A stretch of 60,000 nt of DNA from Botryllus schlosseri (lineage: Eukaryota), in NCBI GenBank assembly GCA_051294905.1, contig CM119372.1, positions 5,892,001-5,952,000 of the forward strand. Reading direction: 5' to 3'. The notes beneath the pieces were generated by a model. That model made no database searches, was not told the DNA's origin, and saw nothing but the letters and a program-made list of their open reading frames with translations. Below are positions 50,453-60,000 of this stretch, one piece after another. How positions within the stretch are numbered: position 1 is the first letter of the stretch; each line of letters begins with the position of its first letter. Position numbers and translations under genes: made by a program.

Positions 50453-52808
50453 CAAAGGCGCCGACTTTTATTTTTGCATGGGGTGGCGGTAGGCGCGTAG
50501 CCAGGGGGTGTCGAAACCCACTCCTTTTGAAACGCAAAACCCCGTCCTTTTGAAATAACCATTCTGATGCTAATATGCAGTTGCAATTAAACAAGTCGTA
50601 TTATCAGTGTTACGCGCGGCCGCGACCAATTAGCGAGATCCTTCTCTGCACGCGACGCGATCTCCCGCTGAGATCATTGCCAAATTAGAATGTCGATTGC
50701 GGAGCGCTCGGCATTCATCGCTGTACTGAGCAGTAACACGGTGCAACAATTCTCTAACACGAAAGAGGGACAAGAAATATGATTACAAACGCGTGCGGCC
50801 AATCAGTAGTTATCCCTTACCGCCAACACAATCGGTTTTTACTTAGCATTGGGTAGCTCGCATCGTGACAATTGGTTGCTGATTAAAACATCGATTTTGA
50901 CTGCATTGCTGCATTTCCCGATTTACGTTCGCAAATCATAATTGGATTAGTATTATGGGCACTGGAATAAATTCCAACTATACCAGGCACACACAATAAA
51001 ACACTGTTCAACTTTGCAATCTGAGAATAATCATCACTAGAATGGTTCACAAAATATTTTAAACGCGGCTTGCGGGCCTCATCGATGTAAATATTGCACT
51101 TTAATTTGTAGAAGGTGAACGTATATTTGGTCGTCATATCGCGATAGGAGATGGTGTTTATCAGAGCGCGCGATGAAATCTAAGTTTCTAGCGATGAGGT
51201 CGAATTTTTACATCTCATAATTATCGTTAGTTTGCTGAAATCAGCATCAGTACGCTGTGCGAAATACATAGTAGTGATCAATTTTATCGGAGTGTACAAT
51301 CCGCCGGCAAGGTTGCGCTAATACCGAAATTGCACACATGCCGCAAACCCGCAATAATTACATTACAGGGTGCGCTAGTTGAACCTAAATACCCAGATTG
51401 CACAGTGGCAACGAGCACAATTTGTTTAGACGCGGGCATAAGTTTTAATCAAAAAGTAACATAAACACAAACAATATTACAGTCGGAGATTGTTACTGTT
51501 TGGCGAAAGTGTTTCTGCGGGCGGTGTCTGGCCTGCATGCGAACGCGCTAAATCAAATCACCGACGACAGTGCACATGAGATATTGATGAACCATTTCGC
51601 ATACAAATGATTCTCGCTAGTTTGCAGTACGCAGCATCGATATTACGAATTGTGAATTGACATTTCAAAAAGACAGGATTTCTAGATTTAAATGAGAAAC
51701 TCACTGGCTACGCACGTAGTGTTTTAATACCGAAAACCCGCAGGTTAATATCAGCCCGGGGCCTACGGCCTACATGAGTCCCGATCAGCCAGTCGAATTC
51801 GATCGTGAAATGGTGCGGTTTTAATTATCAAGGTGTTATTGTAGCAAGAGCAACATGGACGGATTGGACGCACCTTATTATTGGGAATACAAATCCGGAT
51901 GGTTTGAAATTCGATCCGCGATATGGTTGCGCCCGCTAGAGTCCGTCCAGCAATGAAGTTTATTGGAACGTAGAAGGTTCCCGCTCAAACTAATCGAATA
52001 AATTCAGAATTTGCGCCACATAGAATCTCTTGTTGCATCAATATTTGACAACGTAATTCAACGCCGTGCACTGCGCAATGCGCAGTACTAATAACAAATC
52101 AAACACTGACAAGTGACATCGAGGAAATACGAATGTGTAAAGCAGACAAGAATTAGTAGCCTACAGATGATTGCAAACGAGAAAGTGCGCATCTAACCAG
52201 TAATTCCTCAACTTGCGTACAGAACAATGAGGTTCCGAGTCTGACATCGCGACAATTGTTTGCTCATTATAACGACGTTTGAGCTGCATTGCTGCATTTC
52301 CCTATAAAAGTTAGCGAAGCCTTGTCAGAGTAATGAATATGCGCATTTTGCGCAGGAATGACTTTCTATTCGCAGGCATACGGAAACACACTTTCCTATT
52401 TCGCGCTCCAATTGAAAAGACTATCACGGAACTAACTCAATAATTATTTTGTAAACGAAAATGCGCGCAAATACAATTTAATTGAGAGAAGTAGAACATG
52501 AATTCGTTCGTCTGGTCAAGAGAGAAAATGGTATTTCTCAGCGCAAGCGTGTCGAAATTGACGCCGTCAACGAGGTGGCTTCGGTTGTATGAATAGTGAT
52601 TACTAATCACAGATTACACTTTATTGGGGCGTTTTAGGCACTAGTTCGTCCTCGCCGACGAACATGAGTATTCAATTATTCACGTATAGGTTAATCGTAA
52701 ATAGTTGGCATTTACGCGATATCACGGACTCGTCAATTGACAGCGCAGACGGTGGGCGTTCAAGTATTTTGCATGGGGTGGCCGCCACCCCGTATCTCGG
52801 CGCCTATG
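50453..52808. mobile_element. CATAGGCGCC-TIR element, inverted relative of 29256-31507
   Basis: caaaggcgccga...tcggcgcctatg; reconstructed TSD gactcaac/gacgcaac. Confidence 0.82.
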
Positions 52809-52811
52809 GAC

Positions 52812-53958
52812 TAGCGTTGGGATCCCGGGATTTGAAGCAATCCCGATCCCGGGATTAGCCCCAATGAAATCCCGGGATTTGTGAACAGCATCTACCAGGG
52901 CTTAGGTAGCGTCATGTGTCATTTTTTTGTAATAACGCAGTGTCAAAAACTAGACAGGTTGTCTAAAACATTGTTTCTTAACCTTACGTCCCTACAGCGC
53001 CCCTTTACGAAAATGGCCTACGTCTGGCGCCCCCGCCCATATTTTAAGGATATTTCGCCAACAAATTACGAAACCGTCTAAGCGATGATACTCTTTATCA
53101 GTGGTTCCTAACCAATTTGAATGTCGGAGCCGCATTTCAAACTTCATAGTATATGCAGGTAGCCGCATTAAAACACCCGGTTAGGCTATATACTGATTCT
53201 AAAGGTATCTGATAACCTACCTCAAAATCTCACCATCTAGCAAACTCAAAAGCATGCACATGCACGATTGCATATAGACTTCTACAGGTTGTATATCTGT
53301 TATTCTAGCATTGGTAGACGCAGATTGGCAAGTGCTATGCATTGAAATAAATTGAAAATGCATATCATTACTCAACATACTATTTTGTTGTTATGTGATA
53401 ACTGTTCAGTGTTCATACATTCCAGCACTTGAGCACAAGTTTGCGGAGGATTATTCTACGAAAAATATTGGACTTATTGCAATTTATACTTGACTATGAG
53501 CCGTTGTTTTAATGTTAGTGAAATTGTGCCGTAATTTACTCTTCAAAAATACGATATATAGAGGTCTACGAGCAGCGGAACTCACGATATGTCGTTGTTT
53601 GACGGGTATTCCTCCGTGCGTTTGACGCTAATCTGCGAGAATTCTGTTTCTCTGTTTTCAGAAGCGGTCTTGGACGGCTTTAGAGATATCTAGTATTCCT
53701 CATTTCCGCATTCATATACAAAAATTGCCTAGAACTATATATAGAAACAAACAACAGCTGTCGTCCATTATATTTTGTGGCATATTTAGAGGTCACTCAG
53801 AGCCGCAAGAAGGCTACCTTGGAGCCGCGGTTGGGAATCAATATTACAAGGAATAAATGTTATTTATGTAGCTTGCATTATGCGTATTTTACTATTTTGC
53901 TAATCCCGGGAAATCCCGATCCCGGGATTTCAAATTCGATCCCGAAGTCCCAACCCTA
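52812..53958. mobile_element. TAGGGTTGGGA-TIR element with ATCCCGGGAT repeats; nested hAT at ~53099-53843
   Basis: Perfect TSD ctatggac. Confidence 0.85.
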
Positions 53959-54425
53959 CTATGGACGCAACGATGCCGTCTGGGAGCATGTGAGGAGCAT
54001 AGCAAACTGCAAGCGTATTGGTCATTGTTGCGCAACCGATTGAGTAGACTTTTAACATAAAATTCATTTTTCTTATTTTGCTTCAATTGTATTCAGATAT
54101 AGGGTTTCATGAAAAATGTCTACATGATGTTCATATTATTGTGTCCATCGAAATTTGCGCTTATGTTATTCACTGTGCTATCCATACAAGGGTCGTTATG
54201 CGAAGGTGAGGCGGTAATTATCCTGATATAGATTTTGATTATTTTATAGAGCTGCAAAAATGTTAGTATATACAGAAATCATGCGATATTATCAATCAGT
54301 GGTAGGTAACTCGATTCTACCCACTTATAACGACCTTCTGTTTATAGCTGACGCTGTCGTAGGCCTACTCACATGCATTTTATGCACGCATTTGCAGTTA
54401 GCTATTTAGTTGACATGCGGCTACC

Positions 54426-55010
54426 CAGGGTTGTAATGACTCGAGTCATGACTCGACTCGAGTCACGATTTTCTAGTAACTCGACTTGACTCGAGTCATT
54501 TTCTCAAAATATGGAAATGACTCGACTCGACTCGAGTCATTCTGTGCATTCACTCGACTTGGACTCGAGTCATTGCTCATGACTTGAACCAAGTCATATG
54601 ACTCAAGACTCAGACGGATAAAACCGACATTTCATTGTAATTTCGAAGAATAGTAAAGCAACCACACTGTTGGGATTTCGTCTATTGGTACTGGTACTTA
54701 AAATGCGACCAGAATCTGCTAAAAGCGAGGAAAATTAGTATATTATAAATCCGAACCATTCGATATCACTAAACAGAGCTATAAAAAGTGGGTTTAACAA
54801 GACTTTAACTGGAAACTGAGCAGTCAACACAATGTCTTGGACTCGGACTCGAGTCATAATACCATGACTCGGACTTGACCCTCTGATCGTTGACTTGGAC
54901 TCGGACTTGACTCGGTGGTGAATTGAAAAAGACTCGATTTGACTCTAGTCAAAACTATAAAAGTGAGATTGACTTATGACTCGGAGCCTAGTGACTTGGT
55001 TACAACCCTG
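54426..55010. mobile_element. MITE with GACTC/GAGTC subterminal repeats
   Basis: cagggttgtaa/ttacaaccctg; TSD cggctacc/cgactacc. Confidence 0.88.
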
Positions 55011-55930
55011 CGACTACCGTACCCTACTACCACGCATCCAACAAACCCTCACCAAATAAATTAAAAAATCATTTCACTATGGATAACTAACCTACGGATC
55101 TATCCTCCATAGGTTAGTTATCTATAAATTTGAAAAGATGCAAATCCTATATGTATGGAAGTTTTGGCCGCGAAAACCGGATTGTATGTGGCATAACGTT
55201 ACTTTGCCTTAAACTAATATTGTGGTTAGATCATAAAGTCCTAATATAGCTACTTCATATCAATTTCATATCCGACCTACGCTAAAATACCTTTGTACCT
55301 GTAGAGATCCCGACTCCATAATCTATATTGAAGCTGAAATTAATTATTAATACAATATCAGCTAGTAAAACAATTATATTTAAAACTATACATACCAATT
55401 CATCAACGGAATAACGTCACTTATATCTCGGGTTCCGAAACGAAGACACCGTCACGTGGTGCATATTAATCACATACAGAATTCCATTTAGCATAGGTTT
55501 ACAATATTTCCGTGACATAAATTCCGGAAACTCTTTAGAGCCTCCTGGGGGGTTTTGAAATGAGATGTAAACACATATGACGTCACAATGTTTTATCAGT
55601 TTGCCCATCGATGGTATACAGGGGGTGTTTTTTTAACACGTGTCGTGAATTCACTAGGTTGTCGGGTAGGGTTACCATATGTCCGGTCCGCACCAGCAGG
55701 TTGCACATCAGGTGGTTTCCAACCTTCTATGGTCGCGCCTCCGTTTTCAATTTAAAATGTTCCGTGGCCCAACTCCAAATTCGGTAAGCTGATTACTTAA
55801 AAATAGTCAGCAAGGCCAGGGCCGAAACAGCACTTCGTCAGCACCCCCCCCCCCCTAAAAAACACATCGGTCTTTACGGTCAAGGTTTTATCGCTACAGA
55901 ACTTTTTTGCACACGAATCGGCATCCCATA

Positions 55931-56488
55931 TAGAGGTCGACCGATATTGATTTTTACAGGCTGATACCGATATATCGGCTCACTCACAAGGCCGATACCG
56001 ATCTCATAGGCCGATATTAATATGGAAGGAACAGATAACAATTTCCCCAAAAATATTATATATTAGGCAAGATGGCACTTGTACATGCCACAGAAAGCTG
56101 AACAACAAACGAGAAAACTGAAATTGAAAAGAATTATAGCCTAATTGTGCACATTCGATGAAATTTGGGATAACCCAAAAAGAAAAATATGATGCAGAAT
56201 TGCAGATCAGTCCTGAAAAAGTATATTGTAATGCAGGAAGCATAGTTTTTCTGCGTGCTCACCCAGCTAAACTCGTCCTGCAAGGGTAAATCTGTCATAT
56301 ATAGCCATTTGCGTCGTAGATTTCTTGGGATTGAGAACACGGAGCATTGAATTTCCGAAATTTTTGAATTTTTTTTAAAGATAAAAGATCGGCCGCGATA
56401 TCGGCCTTCATAGGCCGATATCGATAATCGGGAAAGCTCTAAATATCGTTCTCGATAATTGGCCAAGTCGATAATCGGTCGACCTCTA
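55931..56488. mobile_element. MITE with CCGATA repeats
   Basis: tagaggtcgaccgat/atcggtcgacctcta; perfect TSD atcccata. Confidence 0.9.
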
Positions 56489-58502
56489 ATCCCATATTGG
56501 CCGAAACTTTATATGTCTTGGTGCGGCGTGACGCGATTATGGCCGACGCCAAAATGCCTATTTCTTCAAATTCTTAAAAACCAAATCGCTTCTTGCGCAA
56601 CAAAAATTTGAGAAATGTTCCCTAATTTAAAAAAAATTGGAAAAAAGTTTCACAATTTAAAAAAAAATCGCGTTCTAATTTACGTATTCACCAAATAATT
56701 TTAGGCTCCGTTCGAGCCCGGTTCCTCCAATTGGGGGATTTGGGGTGCGGCAGTTACGGTCCTGATCACGACCTATGTTGGAAGCTGATTAAGTTCAGCG
56801 TCTCCGCGATCCGCAGAAACGGACAAACGACCCTAAGCTTGAGAACCGCCATATTTGACTAAAGCATCCAAACTGCATTACCGACAGTAGGGAGACTATT
56901 ACGTTCTCTTAAAGTTGCGATTGCAATTGGGCTAGTCTTATTGAAGTACAGCATAGCTAATTTAATTTCTTTTTTATTGTTGTTTTTGCATGGACAGGGG
57001 TGCCCATATTAACACTAGAACTACCAAGTGGCTCTTTTGACGCATTTTCATTTTCGAAGAGCTGGCATTATGTCGCGGCTGAAACTACTTGACTATTACA
57101 TATGTTATGTAGACCATCCTTACCTGGTTTTCATCGCTCGTCTAGTACAAATATAAAACTTATACACAGAACTACCTAGAACTACCAAGTGGCGTTTTTG
57201 ACGCATTACAGTTTTTCTACAGCAAGGCATCGCAGTTTCATATTCTTGAAACTGGTTTTGTATCTGCCAAATGCAGCAGAGTCGTTTGCAACAACTGAAC
57301 TTTGTTAATATTAGCTTGCTCTAACTGTATTAGCAACAACATTCCTTTGTAATAGAAGGTATAGTGCATCTTCCTCTTCCCGAGTCATCAAGTCTCTGTA
57401 ATATTATATTTCTGCAGCTCAACGTATTACAGGACATGACAATTGGAACGTGGGCTACCACTAGACCAAGCCTACATCTGTATTGGTCAGATTATTATAC
57501 TAGGGTTGTACCAGAGCGAAGAGCCATTGCACTAGTCTACGAGGTGGATCTTCGAGGGGAGGGGGTGGATCTAGTAAATTGATTGCATGTGAGGACTGAT
57601 TGCATGAGTGTATTTTGTTTATAGTCAGACCCTCTCGAGGAACAGGTTCATGGATGTCATGAACTTTCTATTGACATAAAGAGTAAAAAGGTGTAGATTG
57701 TGGATGCTACTACTACCAAGTATTTGTACAAGGGTGTCTCATATTTATGCAAGGATAGAGCAGAACATCTCTTCTCTAATCTATACATTTGCCAAGCATA
57801 GTAATGTAAAGAATCTGATGTAACCCATCTTGAAACAATGTTACGAGAATGTGACTTGGTGAAGAAAAATAAATCCCAGTTGACAGCTTGACACGAAACT
57901 ATTGTCAGACGTTGCTGGAAGCGTCCCAGAACCAGATGAAAAAAGCAGCTTCATATAGCCACACTTTTCAAAACTCGTCGATAAGCGTAACGTCGAGATG
58001 CCAGTGTAGAGTTCAAAGTCTGTACAAGTGTACATATATATATTGAGCCCACTTCAACTGGGGGTAACTGTTTCCTCCAGAAACAACACAAACAAGAAAC
58101 CATTGACGGTTAAATTTTATAACAAAACCAAACCATGGAGATACTACGGACCAGGTTGTAAGGCAGTATTCTGTATGGGTACCAGCAAGTCGACGAAAGT
58201 CCGTGCATGTTTTAGAATGTGATTGATCTTCCACTTGCCAAAAGGCCAATACTATAATATTATGCGAATCGAGGATTAGTCTCGAGATTGCATTATGCAA
58301 ATCTTAGCTGATAAGCTTTGTGATATGACAGCAAGAACCAAGAATGGTGATGTGGCTGAAGCGGATCTGGAGCCTACTCCAAATTTTTAAAAGAACGTGC
58401 TCAAATACCAAATGTGCGCACCAGAACAACACTGATATGTTACACGGTTATTGACAACAAAACGGCGATCTGTTTTAAGTGTTGCACTAAAGTGTGTCTG
58501 AA

Positions 58503-59490
58503 CAGCTTCTTTGAGGCACAGAACTTCAATACACAATTGAATAGTATATTCATATTAAAATGAACCCGAATATTTTCGGCGGACACTCGTCAAGTGTTAT
58601 CGTCAGCAACTAGTAGAGAATTCGAAAGAACAGCGTATATCAACAATCGTAACACAAAATATGACGTCACCAGCACGAAATGTCGAATACGAGAGCGTTC
58701 AATGTACTATTTTTAGATGATACACGAACTCTTTTTGTTGACACAGCCTTGGCTGGTGTATTTTGATAAAAGTCGACTCCAAGGCGCACAAATGAAAGTG
58801 TGAGCAACCCTTTCCGAGTATGCGAAATCTGTCGTCTCGATAATTTCTCGCACAGGCGGGATTATCCAACAAGTGTTTGCCAATTGCAGAATTTATGGCC
58901 TTTGATTGGTCCGCATCAATCTTGAGCGGGTGAGTTAAGGGTGAGCTTTTCATCGAGCGTGTTCTAATGAATCTAGGGACATGCTGATTTATGCGTTCCT
59001 GCAAGCGCTTTGACGTTCTTCCCACGTAGCCACAATCACAGTGGCACTTAAATTCGCAAACTACATTGCTTTGCTGAAGTGCGGGTAGCACGTCTTTACG
59101 TGTTGCGGGGAGCAGTTGCGTTGTCGTGAAAATCACGTTGGTCTTCACTGTGTCGTAACACTTATTGACCGCTGAAATCAATTGCTTTTCAAAGCGGGTG
59201 GAAATAGGCCCTATCCAAGGTAGATGGATGTAAACATCTTTGGTTGTTCGTTCGGTAGGCTCTGTTGACTTTTCTGCATTGAAATGCGTTACTTTCCTCT
59301 CTATGCCACGGTTGATGACGTGTTCAGGGTAACCGTTATCAAGTAAGATTTTCCGGATATTGTCAAGTTCTGAGTTCAGTTTATTACCCGAACATATCAT
59401 CAACGCTCTATGCACGAGGGTGCCTATGAGGTTGATTTTTCTGCGGCTAGCAATAAATGAGTTCCAACGAGGGTATTGGCCAGTGAATGT
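58503..59490 (-). mobile_element. 5'-truncated Penelope-like retroelement inserted in the piggyBac
   Basis: ORF plus downstream terminal repeat shared with 5000-5092 and 17497-17598. Confidence 0.88.
58699..59490 (-). CDS. Penelope-like RT C-terminal/linker region plus GIY-YIG endonuclease (partial; the ORF-track N-terminus lies in piggyBac sequence)
   Basis: TFTGQY..LVHRALMICS..LLDNGYP..LPWIG..NVVCEFKCHCDCGYVGRTSKRLQERINQH..SAIGKHL..LESTFI..PRLCQQ. Confidence 0.88.
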   Translation of the reverse strand, partial: TFTGQYPRWNSFIASRRKINLIGTLVHRALMICSGNKLNSELDNIRKILLDNGYPEHVINRGIERKVTHFNAEKSTEPTERTTKDVYIHLPWIGPISTRFEKQLISAVNKCYDTVKTNVIFTTTQLLPATRKDVLPALQQSNVVCEFKCHCDCGYVGRTSKRLQERINQHVPRFIRTRSMKSSPLTHPLKIDADQSKAINSAIGKHLLDNPACARNYRDDRFRILGKGCSHFHLCALESTFIKIHQPRLCQQKEFVYHLKIVH

Positions 59491-60000
59491 CAGTGTGTCT
59501 AAAATGTTGCAAGTCACTGTGAGCGTAATAAACAATGATTTCTTACGCCGTTTGTTGATCTTTGTGCTGATTTTTAGCTTCCTTCAATGTATTTAATGGG
59601 AAAAAATTCAACATGCGTCAAAAAGTCACTTGGTAGTTCTAGGTAGTTCGAAGTTCCGGTAGTTCTAGTGTTAAAATCAATAAATGTGACAATAAATCGA
59701 GCGCAGCGCTAAGACAAATTTCAAGCAGCGTAAATCTTCACCAAAATATGATATTGTATATGCAGAATTACGGAAAAATTACAGTTCCCTTCAAGCCTTC
59801 AAAATTCGTGATATTAAGGCATATTTCAGCATTTCCTCCCGGACGCAGTTTAAACAGTGAAATGCCTGTCATCTCCGAGAAATTCCGGACGTATGGAAAC
59901 CCTAAATTAGCACACTCACGGCATTAACATATTCATAAGTGTTCAAGAAGATATGTATATTCGTCAGTGACCGTGTTGCTGAAACTATACGCCCGTCGCC

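Larger units (their letters stand above)
57013..59670 (+). mobile_element. Decayed piggyBac transposon
   Basis: TTAA-CACTAGAACTACC...GGTAGTTCTAGTG-TTAA; frameshifted remnants ~57690-58495: DATTTKYLYKGVSYLCKD, KKPLTVKFYNKTK..DQVVRQYSV..SRR, Cys-rich tail. Confidence 0.85.

Overview
AT-rich eukaryotic (animal) genomic DNA, not prokaryotic. Compact 55-72 bp introns and the TE content suggest a marine invertebrate such as an ascidian (inference). One host gene dominates, on the + strand: a putative signal-peptide exon (12517-12580) followed by 22 tandem phase-1/phase-1 exon modules (18287-37253). Nearly all modules are exactly 207 bp and encode a 69-aa selectin-type six-cysteine sushi/CCP domain with an unusual acidic loop (C-DDDSPTDDTNEE-GSW). 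Nineteen modules have open frames and three are pseudo-exons. They sit in four blocks shaped by segmental duplication and a recent two-exon higher-order triplication. The 3' end of the gene is not resolved. The rest is a dense, deeply nested set of non-autonomous DNA transposons: many hAT-type elements with 8-bp TSDs, a decayed piggyBac and a probable Kolobok-like remnant. There is also a LINE 3' end, a tRNA-derived SINE and a Penelope-like retroelement (GIY-YIG) whose terminal repeat, present in three copies, carries a minimal hammerhead-ribozyme motif. All coordinates and family assignments were read by eye.
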